Shown in pieces: positions 17,997-28,908 of a DNA stretch of 64,000 nt. The position numbers were made by a program, and so were the translations under genes. Source of the DNA: a virus. Within the stretch, counting starts at the first letter, position 1, and each line of letters begins with the position of its first letter. A model generated the notes under the pieces. It saw only the letters and a program-made list of their open reading frames with translations, did no database searches and had not been told where the DNA came from. The DNA lies in IMG/VR virus record IMGVR_UViG_3300032297_000368, positions 1 through 64,000 of that record; one strand, written 5' to 3'.

Positions 17997-18188
17997 TTAT
18001 TTTTCGCAGGTGCGAGTTCTAGTTACTGTACCATCTGGATTTTTAACTTCTTCCCATGCTGTACACTTTTGTTGTTGTACTTCTTTTTCCATAGTTGCAG
18101 GTTTTTCGAATACAGGTTCGATAACGAAATGATTGGCACCCCACCAACCAAAAGCACTTACAAAACCATACAATAACATTTCACCCAT
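17997..18188 (-). CDS. small membrane-anchored hypothetical protein
   Basis: N-terminal hydrophobic stretch, Cys pair. Confidence 0.6.
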   Translation of the reverse strand: MGEMLLYGFVSAFGWWGANHFVIEPVFEKPATMEKEVQQQKCTAWEEVKNPDGTVTRTRTCEK

Positions 18189-18189
18189 T

Positions 18190-18834
18190 TTATTTCTCCA
18201 TCAATTCATTAACAAAATCTAACAATAGTTTATGCTGTACGCCACCATGATAATGATCTTTCATCCAACTATGATATGTGTACCAAATTGGTGTACCTTC
18301 AGGATGACAGCCTATAATACCGATGTTGTTTTGTATAATGGCCATCGGGTCACCATTAGCATATCTTGCAATCGTTTCAAACTTTGTTTCATCACCCGCC
18401 AATGCACAACCATCAAAGAAAAACATTTTATGGTCTTCACCTTTCCATGTTATAGGCATTGCCTTTGCATGTGGTCGTTTAGTATCTGTATTTGGTCTTG
18501 TAATATATTGTACAGCATCCACATCTTTTAGTATATTAAAATAATGACTGCCTGCCCAATATGCACCCATACAGATACCAAGATACTTGCCACCATTATT
18601 CAGAAAATCATATATCTTTGTTCCATTATTATTGAACAGTTGATGCCATGATTCTGAATCTCCCTCGCCACCAGGAAAAGCAACAACATCAACATCATCA
18701 AAGAAATCTTTTTCTACTTGATGTTTGGTGAATATTTTAAACATGTATTCGTCAGATAAAGCTTCAATTATACCATTACCACATTGTATGGAACATCTGG
18801 GGTGGTGCAAAAAGAGAGCCATCTTACGTTTCAT
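18190..18834 (-). CDS. class I glutamine-amidotransferase-like (BPL_N family) protein
   Basis: FPGG, GGKYLGICMGAY nucleophile elbow, HPE. Confidence 0.8.
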   Translation of the reverse strand: MKRKMALFLHHPRCSIQCGNGIIEALSDEYMFKIFTKHQVEKDFFDDVDVVAFPGGEGDSESWHQLFNNNGTKIYDFLNNGGKYLGICMGAYWAGSHYFNILKDVDAVQYITRPNTDTKRPHAKAMPITWKGEDHKMFFFDGCALAGDETKFETIARYANGDPMAIIQNNIGIIGCHPEGTPIWYTYHSWMKDHYHGGVQHKLLLDFVNELMEK

Positions 18835-20634
18835 TTAACCCTCACATGCTATGCATACAACTTCTTCAGTTGCTAACTGTTTCAAATCAATCTCCTCCAT
18901 TACTTGTCGTTCGATTCGTTTTGATACTTTATCAGCCTTACCAATTTTTTCTGAACGGCAATAGTATAAAGTCTTCAAGCCTGTTTTCCATGCCATGAAA
19001 TGAATTGCATGTAAGTACTTCACATTAACATCAGGTCTAAAGAAAATATTAATAGATTGTGCTTGATCGATATATTCTTGACGATCAGCAGCATGCTGTA
19101 TAATCCAACGTTGATCTATTTCCATAGATGTTTTGAATACATCTTTAGTCCAATCATCCATCCATTCTAGATGTTGTACTGAACCGTCATTTGCAATGAT
19201 ACTTGACCATACTTCATCATAATCTAACTCTTTATCATCCTCACATGCCTTTTTAATGATAACATCTAAGAACTTATTTTTGTTAAGGTGAGAGCCTGAG
19301 AGCGTATCTTGTCTATATGCATTTGCTCGATATGGCTCAACACTAGGAGAAGTGTTGCCCATGATAATAGAACTGCTAGCATTGGGTGCAATAGCCATGA
19401 GATGGCTGAAGCGCTGACCAGTACCTGCAGCATCCGGAGCTTCACCACGTTCTTTGCCGAGTTGGAGATTGGCATCGTTAAGTCCCTCTCTTATATGTTT
19501 AAACATTTGTACATTACGACCTGTGGCCATTGGTGATTCAAATGCTAAGTTTTTCTTTTGTAGATAAGCATGAAAGCCGAGAGCGCCAATACCAATAGAC
19601 CGTTCACGAATAGCACTGTATCTTGCCCTTTGTATGCTGTCAGGAGCATTATCAATGAAATGCTGAAGGACGTTATCGAGCATCTCTGCAACGTCCCGAA
19701 GAAAAAGTTTGTCATCTTTCCAATCATCATAATACTCCAAATTCAAAGAAGATAAACAACATACAGCAGTACGTTCTTTATCGGTTGGTAAAATAATTTC
19801 ACTACACAAATTCGATTGTTTAATACTTAAACCTAATTTCTTTTGAAACTCTGGCATTGCTCTGTTACTTGTATCAATGAAGTGAATGTATGGTTCGCCT
19901 GTTTGCATACGCATTTCTAAAACTCTCTGCCATAATTCACGTGCTGATACTTTCTCTTTAACATCACCTGAATGAGGATCTTTTAATTCCCATGTATCAT
20001 CAGCATCAGGATCAATCATACACTTTTCAATAATATGCATGAAGTCATCGGTGATATTAATACCATGGTGTAAATTTAATGTTCTTAAATTAGGATCACC
20101 TGTAGGTTTTCTCATCTCTAAAAACAACAAAATATCTGGATGACTAATATCAAGATAAGCGGCATAACTGCCACGCCGAGTACGACCTTGACGATAGGCG
20201 AGACTTGAAGCATCATATGTACGTAAATGAGGCATAATACCAACAGACTTATCATCAGCACTACGAATTCCCAAGCCAATTCCTACTCCTCCACCTAGCA
20301 TTGAGAGCCAGTTGACTTCCGAGAGGGTATTGACAAGACCTTCTGCACTATCATCAAGATAAGGGAGGAAACAACTGATAGGCAAACCACGCTTGCTACG
20401 GCCAAAAGATAGAATAGGAGTAGAATAGCTGAGCCAATGCCTGCTGCTATAATTATAAAGACGCTGAGCGTGAGCCAAATTAGATCCAAAACTTTTGCTA
20501 ACATATGCAAACCTTTCTTGTGGTGAGGTTTCATCCTCTTTCATATATGATTCTTTTAATCTTTTAATTCCTAATTCATCGAATAAATTATCACGTGAAT
20601 AGTCTACCGTGATACCATGTACCGTTTTTTCCAT
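18835..20634 (-). CDS. nrdA: ribonucleotide reductase class Ia alpha subunit (no ATP cone)
   Basis: PISCF, SNLCSEI, VCCLSS, APNASSS, KTLYYCR, C-terminal CIACEG. Confidence 0.95.
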   Translation of the reverse strand: MEKTVHGITVDYSRDNLFDELGIKRLKESYMKEDETSPQERFAYVSKSFGSNLAHAQRLYNYSSRHWLSYSTPILSFGRSKRGLPISCFLPYLDDSAEGLVNTLSEVNWLSMLGGGVGIGLGIRSADDKSVGIMPHLRTYDASSLAYRQGRTRRGSYAAYLDISHPDILLFLEMRKPTGDPNLRTLNLHHGINITDDFMHIIEKCMIDPDADDTWELKDPHSGDVKEKVSARELWQRVLEMRMQTGEPYIHFIDTSNRAMPEFQKKLGLSIKQSNLCSEIILPTDKERTAVCCLSSLNLEYYDDWKDDKLFLRDVAEMLDNVLQHFIDNAPDSIQRARYSAIRERSIGIGALGFHAYLQKKNLAFESPMATGRNVQMFKHIREGLNDANLQLGKERGEAPDAAGTGQRFSHLMAIAPNASSSIIMGNTSPSVEPYRANAYRQDTLSGSHLNKNKFLDVIIKKACEDDKELDYDEVWSSIIANDGSVQHLEWMDDWTKDVFKTSMEIDQRWIIQHAADRQEYIDQAQSINIFFRPDVNVKYLHAIHFMAWKTGLKTLYYCRSEKIGKADKVSKRIERQVMEEIDLKQLATEEVVCIACEG

Positions 20635-20653
20635 TTAATCCTCTTTGTTATTT

Positions 20654-21295
20654 TTATTGTACTGCTGCGACTACATTAGGGAACTTTTCAGAAATAATAT
20701 CCCAACATTTTTTTGCCACATCCATGTGTTCTTTCTGTGTACCATTTGCCATCCGTAGAGTGCAGTAATGGATCCACGAACGTAAAGTTCCGTTCATGTA
20801 TAATTTTGATTGTGTGTTGCCTTCTGGTAGTACAGACCTTGCTTGTTCTTTAGCAATACCGTTATTGATTGCCCATTCATAAGCATTCTTCGATTCTTCA
20901 ATCACTCGCCTTTGTCTTTCTTCCCATCGTACCTGCAATGATAGGTCGTCAGTCGTAATACTATTTTGTCTGTTTTTATTGTCTTGCAATCTTGCTTCAC
21001 GTAATTCAAATGACAAATCTTTTGTTGGATCAGCATATCGTTGGCTGAATTCTTGAAACGAGAAACTTCTGTGTCGTAATATCTGTCTTGCAATATCACG
21101 TGTTGTGTTTATTTCCATTACTATATTTACCATCTCAAATGGTGACCAATGTTGATTCTTAATCAAATAACGAATCAACTTTTCATTGCCTTCGGTAGTG
21201 TTTTGGTTACTAGGATTAGATACCCTAGCCATATAGACAATTAAATTCTCATCACCCGAAACACCAATCATCTTTACATTCATATCTTCTTCCAA
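20654..21295 (-). CDS. thyX: flavin-dependent thymidylate synthase
   Basis: HWSPFE, RHRSFSFQEFSQRY signature. Confidence 0.95.
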   Translation of the reverse strand: MEEDMNVKMIGVSGDENLIVYMARVSNPSNQNTTEGNEKLIRYLIKNQHWSPFEMVNIVMEINTTRDIARQILRHRSFSFQEFSQRYADPTKDLSFELREARLQDNKNRQNSITTDDLSLQVRWEERQRRVIEESKNAYEWAINNGIAKEQARSVLPEGNTQSKLYMNGTLRSWIHYCTLRMANGTQKEHMDVAKKCWDIISEKFPNVVAAVQ

Positions 21296-22296
21296 TAATT
21301 AAATTTCAAATTCGCTTTAACACCTTGAAACGTGTTATTACTTATAATATCTTGCACTTCACCTGCTGAAATGCCATTTTGTATCATCTCATTGATATCT
21401 TTGCCTTCCATAGTGTCTGGCCAGATAACAACTTTACGACCTGCCTTGATGGCTGTCTGAACCATCTTGACAATTTCTTTATTACGAGGTTCATTATCAA
21501 AGACCAAAACAACATTCTCAACATTCATCGATTCAGCAGTTTTGTTCAGATTTGCATCACCAGAAGCGATAGTATTATTTAGAAACAAACTGTCTATGGG
21601 ACCTTCTACAATCTGTATAACCTGTGATTGATTTATTGTATCGAGACCATAGATTAATTTGTCTTCACTATCATTTGTTCTGAGAGTTACATATCTGAGT
21701 TTATATGTAGTCTCTCCCAAAGCACGACCGGATACTGCAATTAATTCTTTATTCTGATTGTAGAATGGTATAACCAAACGAGCATCATTAGTAATTGTTT
21801 TGCCATGATCTGGCACCAATGCATTAACAAAATCTAGATACTTCTCAGTGAACAACAATTTATTCCATTTATCTTTAGGAATATTTCTTGCAATAACATA
21901 ATCTTTACAGTAGTGACCATCAGGCAATTCTGACACATACATTGCATGTTCAAAAGATTTCTTGATGATAGGTAATCTAGTCTTGATTGGTAGTGGAGCT
22001 TCCACAACCTTGTTAGTCTCACCTGTTTTATACCGTTCAAGTACATATTCTCTATGTACCGCAGGATCAACTTGTTTAATAAGATTGCCAATGTTCGTGC
22101 TTGCTGAACAGTTATGGCAACGGTAGAATAAACTATTTCCCTTTGCAAATGCATACCCACGAGCTTTAGATTTATTCTTTTGACTGTCACCACAAATGGG
22201 ACATGAAAAGTTCCAAAGATAGGCACTCTTCTGCTTAAAGTTCCGCAGACGAGAAGAGATAAGTTTTAAATAAGTGGAATCTGTAGATAGTGACAT
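21280..22296 (-). CDS. DNA primase (T4 gp61-like)
   Basis: CPICGDS...CHNC zinc finger; EGPIDS, DNEPRN, KDIN TOPRIM motifs. Confidence 0.93.
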   Translation of the reverse strand: MSLSTDSTYLKLISSRLRNFKQKSAYLWNFSCPICGDSQKNKSKARGYAFAKGNSLFYRCHNCSASTNIGNLIKQVDPAVHREYVLERYKTGETNKVVEAPLPIKTRLPIIKKSFEHAMYVSELPDGHYCKDYVIARNIPKDKWNKLLFTEKYLDFVNALVPDHGKTITNDARLVIPFYNQNKELIAVSGRALGETTYKLRYVTLRTNDSEDKLIYGLDTINQSQVIQIVEGPIDSLFLNNTIASGDANLNKTAESMNVENVVLVFDNEPRNKEIVKMVQTAIKAGRKVVIWPDTMEGKDINEMIQNGISAGEVQDIISNNTFQGVKANLKFNYWKKI

Positions 22297-22303
22297 AATG
22301 CAT

Positions 22304-22332
22304 AATATAATACATCTTTAACACAATGTCAA
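22304..22332 (-). promoter_or_regulatory. sigma70-type promoter TTGACA-N17-TATATT for primase
   Basis: Hexamers just upstream of the gp61 start. Confidence 0.5.
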
Positions 22333-22333
22333 G

Positions 22334-22768
22334 TTAATTAAATAATTTACCTAACATTTCTAATTTGACGTTGGAAACTAACCAAGCAAACACAATTACA
22401 CCACCGGCAACCATCCATCGCCATTGGGATAACTTTTGTATGTCGGCATCTTCTTTGTCATTATGTTCGGTAATATGATCTCGTAGAGATTTGATTTCAT
22501 CCATAATTCTACGTTCAGTTAATTCTATCTTATCTGATAGGTTTCTGTCAACTGTAGTAATACGTGAATGTAATTCTTTGATGTCGCTCACAGTATCTTC
22601 TTTTCTTTTATCCATATCGTTATAGATTTGGTTTGTTAGTGCGGTTTGATTATCTGTGAGCTTTTCAATCACACGATCCATTTTGTTGCAAAGATCAGTG
22701 AGTGTACTGACTTTTACCTTCAGTACACCCACATCTACCTTTAAATCAACTTCGTTGATATCAGACAA
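22334..22768 (-). CDS. coiled-coil protein with C-terminal TM (holin-associated)
   Basis: Heptad-rich; WRWMVAGG followed by TM. Confidence 0.7.
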   Translation of the reverse strand: MSDINEVDLKVDVGVLKVKVSTLTDLCNKMDRVIEKLTDNQTALTNQIYNDMDKRKEDTVSDIKELHSRITTVDRNLSDKIELTERRIMDEIKSLRDHITEHNDKEDADIQKLSQWRWMVAGGVIVFAWLVSNVKLEMLGKLFN

Positions 22769-22771
22769 TTT

Positions 22772-23101
22772 TTACTCCGAATTGCCCGCTTTAATCGATT
22801 CTACTTTTTCTTGACCTCTAGTCCATGCCGAGATGCCTAGAATTGCCATGAAGGAGATATGAATAAAACCCCCGTTTTGTAGAGTCATCGATTGCCATTG
22901 ACGAAATGCATCATTCGAAGCTTCTGTTTCCCAGAATTGAATGATTGAGAATAAAATTGGAAATAAAACAAAATCGCAGATATTGATAATCATGTAAGTT
23001 ACAGCCATCATAGGACGCCATTTACTGGTCATCCAATCTTCCGATTTTTGTTGAGCTTCTGTTACTGGTGGTTCAACCACTTCTTCTTTTTTAGTTGCCA
23101 T
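22772..23101 (-). CDS. putative holin (3TM/GTA-holin-like)
   Basis: W..KWRP, hydrophobic helices, LGISAWTRGQEK. Confidence 0.7.
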   Translation of the reverse strand: MATKKEEVVEPPVTEAQQKSEDWMTSKWRPMMAVTYMIINICDFVLFPILFSIIQFWETEASNDAFRQWQSMTLQNGGFIHISFMAILGISAWTRGQEKVESIKAGNSE

Positions 23102-23102
23102 G

Positions 23103-23309
23103 TTATGCTCCTATCTTGGCGAGTTTATTATTTATCTTTTTAAGTAATTCACTTTTTTGTTCCTCAGTTTCATCTTCAACTAATATCGAATTTTCTACAT
23201 CAAAACTTTTAAGTGTTAGTATGAAAGTATCTTTATCGATTACTTTATCGTCATACATCTTACAAATATCTGGAAAGTTTGATTCTAAAGCATGAAAGTA
23301 TTTTGCCAT
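23103..23309 (-). CDS. hypothetical protein (possible fibre chaperone)
   Basis: Follows the Gly-rich fibre gene; AAGGA SD. Confidence 0.55.
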   Translation of the reverse strand: MAKYFHALESNFPDICKMYDDKVIDKDTFILTLKSFDVENSILVEDETEEQKSELLKKINNKLAKIGA

Positions 23310-23322
23310 TTTTTATCCTTGA

Positions 23323-24864
23323 TTATAAATTATACCCATATGTTATGTATATTCTACCTGCACTACCAGTAACACCTAATCCATCACCTCCATTACCAGC
23401 TGTACCTCTATTAGCATCATTAGTATTTGCTGCTACTTTTTGACCACCAGTATTAGAAGCAGGATTTAAAACTTCAGTAGGATGAATATAACCACTGCCG
23501 CCACCGCCGCCATATGCTGCTGAAGTGTGTCCGCCACCGCCACCGCCATAGTAACCGCCACCGCCGCCACCACCGCCAGCGTTGCTATTTTCGAATCCGC
23601 CAGCACCACCTGGCGCCCATCCTAATCCGCCAGCAGCTGGATATGATGCTGATCCGGAACCTCCTTTACCTCCAGCTTTATATGATCCTGAGGTTCCTTC
23701 TTGTAACGGAACTCCACTGCCACTACCGCCAGCACCTCCAGAGTTTTGTGTTCCTTCTCCTCCGGATAATGAGCCAGCATTAATTCCTCTTTGACCTGAT
23801 TGTCCTCCACCCGCACCACCTAGACCATTAAAGAAAGTGTATGATGCGTAAGAACCTCCTCCGCCACCGGCAACCATAAGAACTGATACTGTTCCTAAAG
23901 TTTCAATACCTGTAGCACCACCGCCACCGCCTGATACTCGTGGTGCTGTGCCTCCAGTTCCACCCGCACCAACTGTCATGCCGTATGAATTGGCCTTATA
24001 CATTTTTAATAATCCACGACTAAATCCTCCGCCGCCGCCAGCATAACTAAGAATCGGACTGCCAGTAGGATTACCGCCACCGCCACCAGCACCCCACATA
24101 GTAATATTCATCGCTGCATTAACATTAGGTATAATAGTGTATAGCGTTGCAGCTGTTGATATAGTTAAGGGGCCATCTATAGCAAAAATCCATGTAGATT
24201 TTCCGGAGATAGCAGGAGATATAGAAAAAACCGCAGTATTAGCTACACCTAAATTGAAAGTTCTATCCGATGATTGATATTCAGTATCAGTTGCTCTTAC
24301 TGTAAATGAATAGGTAGTGTAAGGTATACTTAACTGTATATTTCCGGTTAATAAACCGCCACTACTCAAAGTGATACCTTCAGGTAAACTACCTCCAATT
24401 TGTGTATATGATAAGATTGGACTATCTGATGTTGCTACGATAGAAGTAGATACATTTGAATTTGTTGTTTGTATTGGTAACGTAGTTGATGTTTGCCATG
24501 TTATTGCTCCGCCAATCTTCAATAATCCCGTTTTAAAGGCCGTTGATCCTGAAGGATTCTGTACATATAAATTATAGTTGCCATTGTTGGCAGCAGGAAC
24601 AACTGCTCGAATTTGTGTTGATGTTGCACTAGTAACTGTCAAACTTGTATTAACATTAAAGTATGCCTGCACATTCGGAGCAAATCCAAAACCATTAATT
24701 ATAATATAACCACCGGTATTATCTACGGCGGCTATATTTGCAAATTCATTTAAAGTATTATAATTTGAATTTGTAACTTCAACATTCGCAATTCGAACTA
24801 CATTGATCGAATATTTTTCGAATACAGATGTGTCGATATTATAATCAAATACTTTTTGTGCCAT
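23323..24864 (-). CDS. virion fibre/receptor-binding protein: IPT/TIG + Ig-like + glycine-rich domain
   Basis: GSLPEGITLSSGG Ig motif; WGAGGGGG and GGGGYYGGGGG Gly-rich C-terminus. Confidence 0.8.
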   Translation of the reverse strand: MAQKVFDYNIDTSVFEKYSINVVRIANVEVTNSNYNTLNEFANIAAVDNTGGYIIINGFGFAPNVQAYFNVNTSLTVTSATSTQIRAVVPAANNGNYNLYVQNPSGSTAFKTGLLKIGGAITWQTSTTLPIQTTNSNVSTSIVATSDSPILSYTQIGGSLPEGITLSSGGLLTGNIQLSIPYTTYSFTVRATDTEYQSSDRTFNLGVANTAVFSISPAISGKSTWIFAIDGPLTISTAATLYTIIPNVNAAMNITMWGAGGGGGNPTGSPILSYAGGGGGFSRGLLKMYKANSYGMTVGAGGTGGTAPRVSGGGGGATGIETLGTVSVLMVAGGGGGSYASYTFFNGLGGAGGGQSGQRGINAGSLSGGEGTQNSGGAGGSGSGVPLQEGTSGSYKAGGKGGSGSASYPAAGGLGWAPGGAGGFENSNAGGGGGGGGYYGGGGGGHTSAAYGGGGGSGYIHPTEVLNPASNTGGQKVAANTNDANRGTAGNGGDGLGVTGSAGRIYITYGYNL

Positions 24865-27800
24865 TTAATAACCTATAGGGTAAGACTGATACATTTCGTT
24901 GGTTAAATTTGCAGTATATCTAGCACCTCTAGTTATACGAAAGTCTTGTATGTGTCCATAATAAGGTTGCGATGTTGTGGTACCGCCAATATAATGAGCA
25001 TTGACAGTGTGATTGTTTGCATCTATCCAAATGGCACCTGATCGTGAACCATCTATGTATATAGAAACATTACTATTATAACGTTCAACAGCAACATGAA
25101 CCCACGTATTACTTGTAATTGCAGCTGTACTAATTCTGTCGGCACCACCCATATAATATCTAACGTTGTTTGTGGTGGACAGATAAATTAATGGACTGTT
25201 TTGTGTTGTTGCACTTCTTTGGTCATAAATTGTTTGTTGTGCTGCACCATATCTATAAATCCAAAACTCAATGCACCAATTTCCTGTGCCAAAGTTTTCT
25301 GTTTCAGAACGTGCTGGTGCCATTTGAAGATAGTCACCAGTTCCGTCAAACCATAAAGAAGTATTCGAATACTTATTTTTAAAAGTATTATATGTTCCAC
25401 CAGCTCTTGATGGTGCTGGCCAAGATTTGGGATCAGCGATAGTTTGAAGATTATGTCTTGTTGTGTAATCAACAATACCACCTGTATCAAAATTCATCAA
25501 CAATACGGTATTGGCAGTTCTTGTTACTGGAGCTGTAGGTGGTGCCGAGTTGGCAGTATAAATCGCATCGCCTTTAACTATACGTAAATTCGAATAATAA
25601 CCGAACATAGTAGCATTGTTAAATGCACCTATCGATAGTGGTACTGTTGATAATGTTGGATTAGGTGTACCAGATATTGCTACAGCAGGATTAGCCTCAC
25701 CATTAACCCATACCCTTATACCAGAACTTGTAATAGTAACGGCTAAGTGATTCCATTCCATAGCCTTTACAGTTTTAGTAGAAACTACATATTGTGATGT
25801 ACCATTATTATATTGAAATACTACTGTGCCTGCGGCTCTTAAACCGAAAGACCAATAAGTGGTTGCTGCAGCAATTGCTTGAGAACCTATTATATGAGGT
25901 ACAGTTGTAGTTACTGGTAAAGAAATAGCATAGAACCAAAGTTCTATTGTGTAAGGAACTACTACACCACTACCTGTTTGCCACCAATCATATAATTCTT
26001 TACTATAAGGAATAGTAAAATAATTTCCAGCATCTTGAGCTAACCAACTTGCACCATGTAGGTGTGGTTGATATGCATTACTACCCCTAAATGGACCAAA
26101 TGGTATTATTTTAGTATTATCACCATTTCTTGTCACAGCAAAATTATTATTACTTTTATCTCTAAAGCGATTATCAGCTAAGAGTAAAAGTTTAGTATTA
26201 GCTTCTACAGTTAATGGTTCTGTTGGAGGTGTGAATACTTGTGTACCCGTTGTAGTTTCTGTAGTTTGATATAAAGTAGGAACAGAGTTAATTGTAACTC
26301 TAAAATTACTAATCCAACCTTTAAATTGTTCGTTTACATCTGTGGTTGCACCAACGGATAAAGGACTCGATTGATCTGGAAAAACTATAGCATTATTAGC
26401 ACGACCAGCTAATATACCGTTCAAAAATATACGGAAAGTTTCGCCGGTTCTAGTAATGCAAAGGTGATTCCATTTATTCAAATTGGGTGTATAATAAATT
26501 GAAGTACTGATACCTAAGCCCGAAGAACCTTGGAATGAAAGTTGTGCAATTGGCAATCCACCGAACGCAAAATAATACCTACCAGCGCCACCGCCACTGG
26601 CGAGACCATTATAACTCCAAACTATACCAAAAACTTGTTGATCGGTTGCTGGATGTATCCAACATTCAATACAATGATCGTAGTTCGATAAGTATAAATT
26701 TGTGTTTGCAGCTACCGTTATGTAATCTATGTTTGTAGAAGTGCCGTCAAAATAACCAGAATAACCATAAGGACTAAACGGACTAAAAGAACCAACCGGA
26801 CCGTTTTGTGCTGCAGGATAAGTTATTAATCCTCCTGTTTTAGAAGTATCGACTAATCTCTTATTATTTTCACCATCATATGTTTGCATCATTAATAGAA
26901 CGGTGTTGGCATCTACGTCTGCCGGAACTGTTGGTGGTGTTGTATTGGCAGTCCATAATGCAGTATTTTTTAATACTCGAAGACCGTGCAGATAACCAAT
27001 CATAGGACTACCACCGGCAGTTTGACCATCGGCACCAATTGAAGGTCTATTAGCTTTTGTGATAAAAGATACGACAGATGTTGAAGTAGCACCAGTCTGT
27101 AATCCATTCATAAAAAGTCTTAAAGTATTATTTCTACGAGAGAGTAATAAATGTGTCCAAGCATTACGTGGCATTTGAGCACCCGTAATTAAAACTGTCG
27201 CATTATTTGTTGTTACTGTTACTGCACCTGTAGTTATTGCTTGGCCAATTCTAAGTCTTCCAGTTCCTGTAGCATCAGACAGAGCATTAGTATCGAAATA
27301 CATGGACGCAGCAGCATATGTTCCTGTGTAATACACCCAACATTCCCAAGTAAAATCACCAGTTAATAAGTTAAAATCTGTACTATTTCCTGGATCAGCC
27401 AACATGTAGTCGCCAGTGCCATCAAAATAAGTTGATCCTAGTCTTGCTGTATTATTGTATGCAGTATTGTCACCAAAAGGATTGAAAGGACGTGCAGCAA
27501 CATCATTGAGTCTTGTTATAGTAAAATTTCTATCACTACGATCAACGAGATATCTATCTTGAAGTGTTAATAATACTGTATTCGAATTTTTTTGTAACTT
27601 CGTTGTCGGTGGTGTAAATGCAGCACCATAAGCAGAAGCTCTGAGCTGAACTCTAACATCAAATATAAATGAAGAGGTAACTACGTTTGTTGTGCCTGAT
27701 ACTCCAATACCAAATGTTGCTGTATTTCTAGGTATAGTTCCTGATAATGTAACAGTTCCTCCTGAAACACCATTAACGTAAATTGTCCATGTATCACCGA

Positions 27801-28902
27801 CACGAGTACAAGCAATATGATTCCATTGACCTAATACTATGCTAACACTTGATGTTATTGAAACGCCATAGGTACTTCCATTAACAGTAGCTTGAAATAT
27901 TGGAGCTGTTGATCCACCAAATCCTAGTCTAAACCCAGCAATTGTAACATTAGATGCTCTTTTTGTTAATAAATCACAAGTTCCTGGTACTGCGGATGAA
28001 AAGAACCAACATTCTACTGAAAAATCTAAATTCAAAAAGTTTAAGAAATCACTATCAGGCACAGTCATGTAATCCGCTGTACCATCAAAGTAATAGCACC
28101 ATTTATCACCATAAGGATAAATTGCTGCTGGATGAATGTCACCAAAAGTTCTGAACGAATGATTACTTGGAGACATATCACTATTAAATTTAGTTTTCTC
28201 AGGACCTATAAGGTGCATAGTAGTTCTATAATATTCACTGTCTCCTGAACCTACCTCATCAATATAATACTGAACAGTGTTTTGGTTTTCTGCATCTTTA
28301 ACATCAATATACATATTGGTAGAAGAACCAGCTGTATTGGGTATTCCATAATAATAACCATTAGCTAATAAAGTTGTGTTGGCAGGTATAGTACTACCAT
28401 TTGCAACTGAATATATCAGAGTGTTTGATGTTGGTGATGAAGAAAAATTGTAATTAAAAGGATAATTTAAAAGTTTCGGGTTTAGAATTAAACTACCAAA
28501 ATTTGGCCAAACAGGAAAATCACTATACTGTATGCCATTGACACGTACAGCATTAGTACCATCTCCGTTTTGAACATATACGTTATAAAAACCTGTTGGT
28601 TTTGGTGGTAATAATGCTCTTAATTGTGTTGATGAAACGTATGTTGTAGAATTTGCCTGTTGATAATCAACTGTATCGTTATTTGAACTACCAAGAATAA
28701 CTATAGAACCCGTATCGAAACCTGATCCATTAATTACAACATACGTACCAGTGCCACTTGAACCAGTATTAGCCGCAAGATCATCTAAAACATTATAAGA
28801 TGAATCTGTTATTTGTATTGATTGAATTCTAGGACCAGAAAGACCAAACTGCGCTAGTGTGGATTCTTCGATATTAAATTCTTTTATTAAATTTGATGGC
28901 AT
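24865..28902 (-). CDS. large virion protein with IPT/TIG N-terminus and ~5 LamG/concanavalin-A-like domains
   Basis: Repeated YFDG.GDY ... FT(I/V)E.W ... W.H.A ... (D/N)FR(V/I) ... NT.LL units. Confidence 0.85.
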   Translation of the reverse strand: MPSNLIKEFNIEESTLAQFGLSGPRIQSIQITDSSYNVLDDLAANTGSSGTGTYVVINGSGFDTGSIVILGSSNNDTVDYQQANSTTYVSSTQLRALLPPKPTGFYNVYVQNGDGTNAVRVNGIQYSDFPVWPNFGSLILNPKLLNYPFNYNFSSSPTSNTLIYSVANGSTIPANTTLLANGYYYGIPNTAGSSTNMYIDVKDAENQNTVQYYIDEVGSGDSEYYRTTMHLIGPEKTKFNSDMSPSNHSFRTFGDIHPAAIYPYGDKWCYYFDGTADYMTVPDSDFLNFLNLDFSVECWFFSSAVPGTCDLLTKRASNVTIAGFRLGFGGSTAPIFQATVNGSTYGVSITSSVSIVLGQWNHIACTRVGDTWTIYVNGVSGGTVTLSGTIPRNTATFGIGVSGTTNVVTSSFIFDVRVQLRASAYGAAFTPPTTKLQKNSNTVLLTLQDRYLVDRSDRNFTITRLNDVAARPFNPFGDNTAYNNTARLGSTYFDGTGDYMLADPGNSTDFNLLTGDFTWECWVYYTGTYAAASMYFDTNALSDATGTGRLRIGQAITTGAVTVTTNNATVLITGAQMPRNAWTHLLLSRRNNTLRLFMNGLQTGATSTSVVSFITKANRPSIGADGQTAGGSPMIGYLHGLRVLKNTALWTANTTPPTVPADVDANTVLLMMQTYDGENNKRLVDTSKTGGLITYPAAQNGPVGSFSPFSPYGYSGYFDGTSTNIDYITVAANTNLYLSNYDHCIECWIHPATDQQVFGIVWSYNGLASGGGAGRYYFAFGGLPIAQLSFQGSSGLGISTSIYYTPNLNKWNHLCITRTGETFRIFLNGILAGRANNAIVFPDQSSPLSVGATTDVNEQFKGWISNFRVTINSVPTLYQTTETTTGTQVFTPPTEPLTVEANTKLLLLADNRFRDKSNNNFAVTRNGDNTKIIPFGPFRGSNAYQPHLHGASWLAQDAGNYFTIPYSKELYDWWQTGSGVVVPYTIELWFYAISLPVTTTVPHIIGSQAIAAATTYWSFGLRAAGTVVFQYNNGTSQYVVSTKTVKAMEWNHLAVTITSSGIRVWVNGEANPAVAISGTPNPTLSTVPLSIGAFNNATMFGYYSNLRIVKGDAIYTANSAPPTAPVTRTANTVLLMNFDTGGIVDYTTRHNLQTIADPKSWPAPSRAGGTYNTFKNKYSNTSLWFDGTGDYLQMAPARSETENFGTGNWCIEFWIYRYGAAQQTIYDQRSATTQNSPLIYLSTTNNVRYYMGGADRISTAAITSNTWVHVAVERYNSNVSIYIDGSRSGAIWIDANNHTVNAHYIGGTTTSQPYYGHIQDFRITRGARYTANLTNEMYQSYPIGY

Positions 28903-28908
28903 ATTTTA

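Noticed and set aside
16751-20634. Introns or inteins in nrdA/nrdB (also checked gp43, gp41, uvsX, thyX)
   Set aside because: All are uninterrupted and of normal length.
23490-24100. Dense CCGCCA/CCGCCG repeats suggesting a repeat array or CRISPR
   Set aside because: They are poly-Gly codons of the fibre protein on the minus strand; there is no repeat-spacer periodicity.
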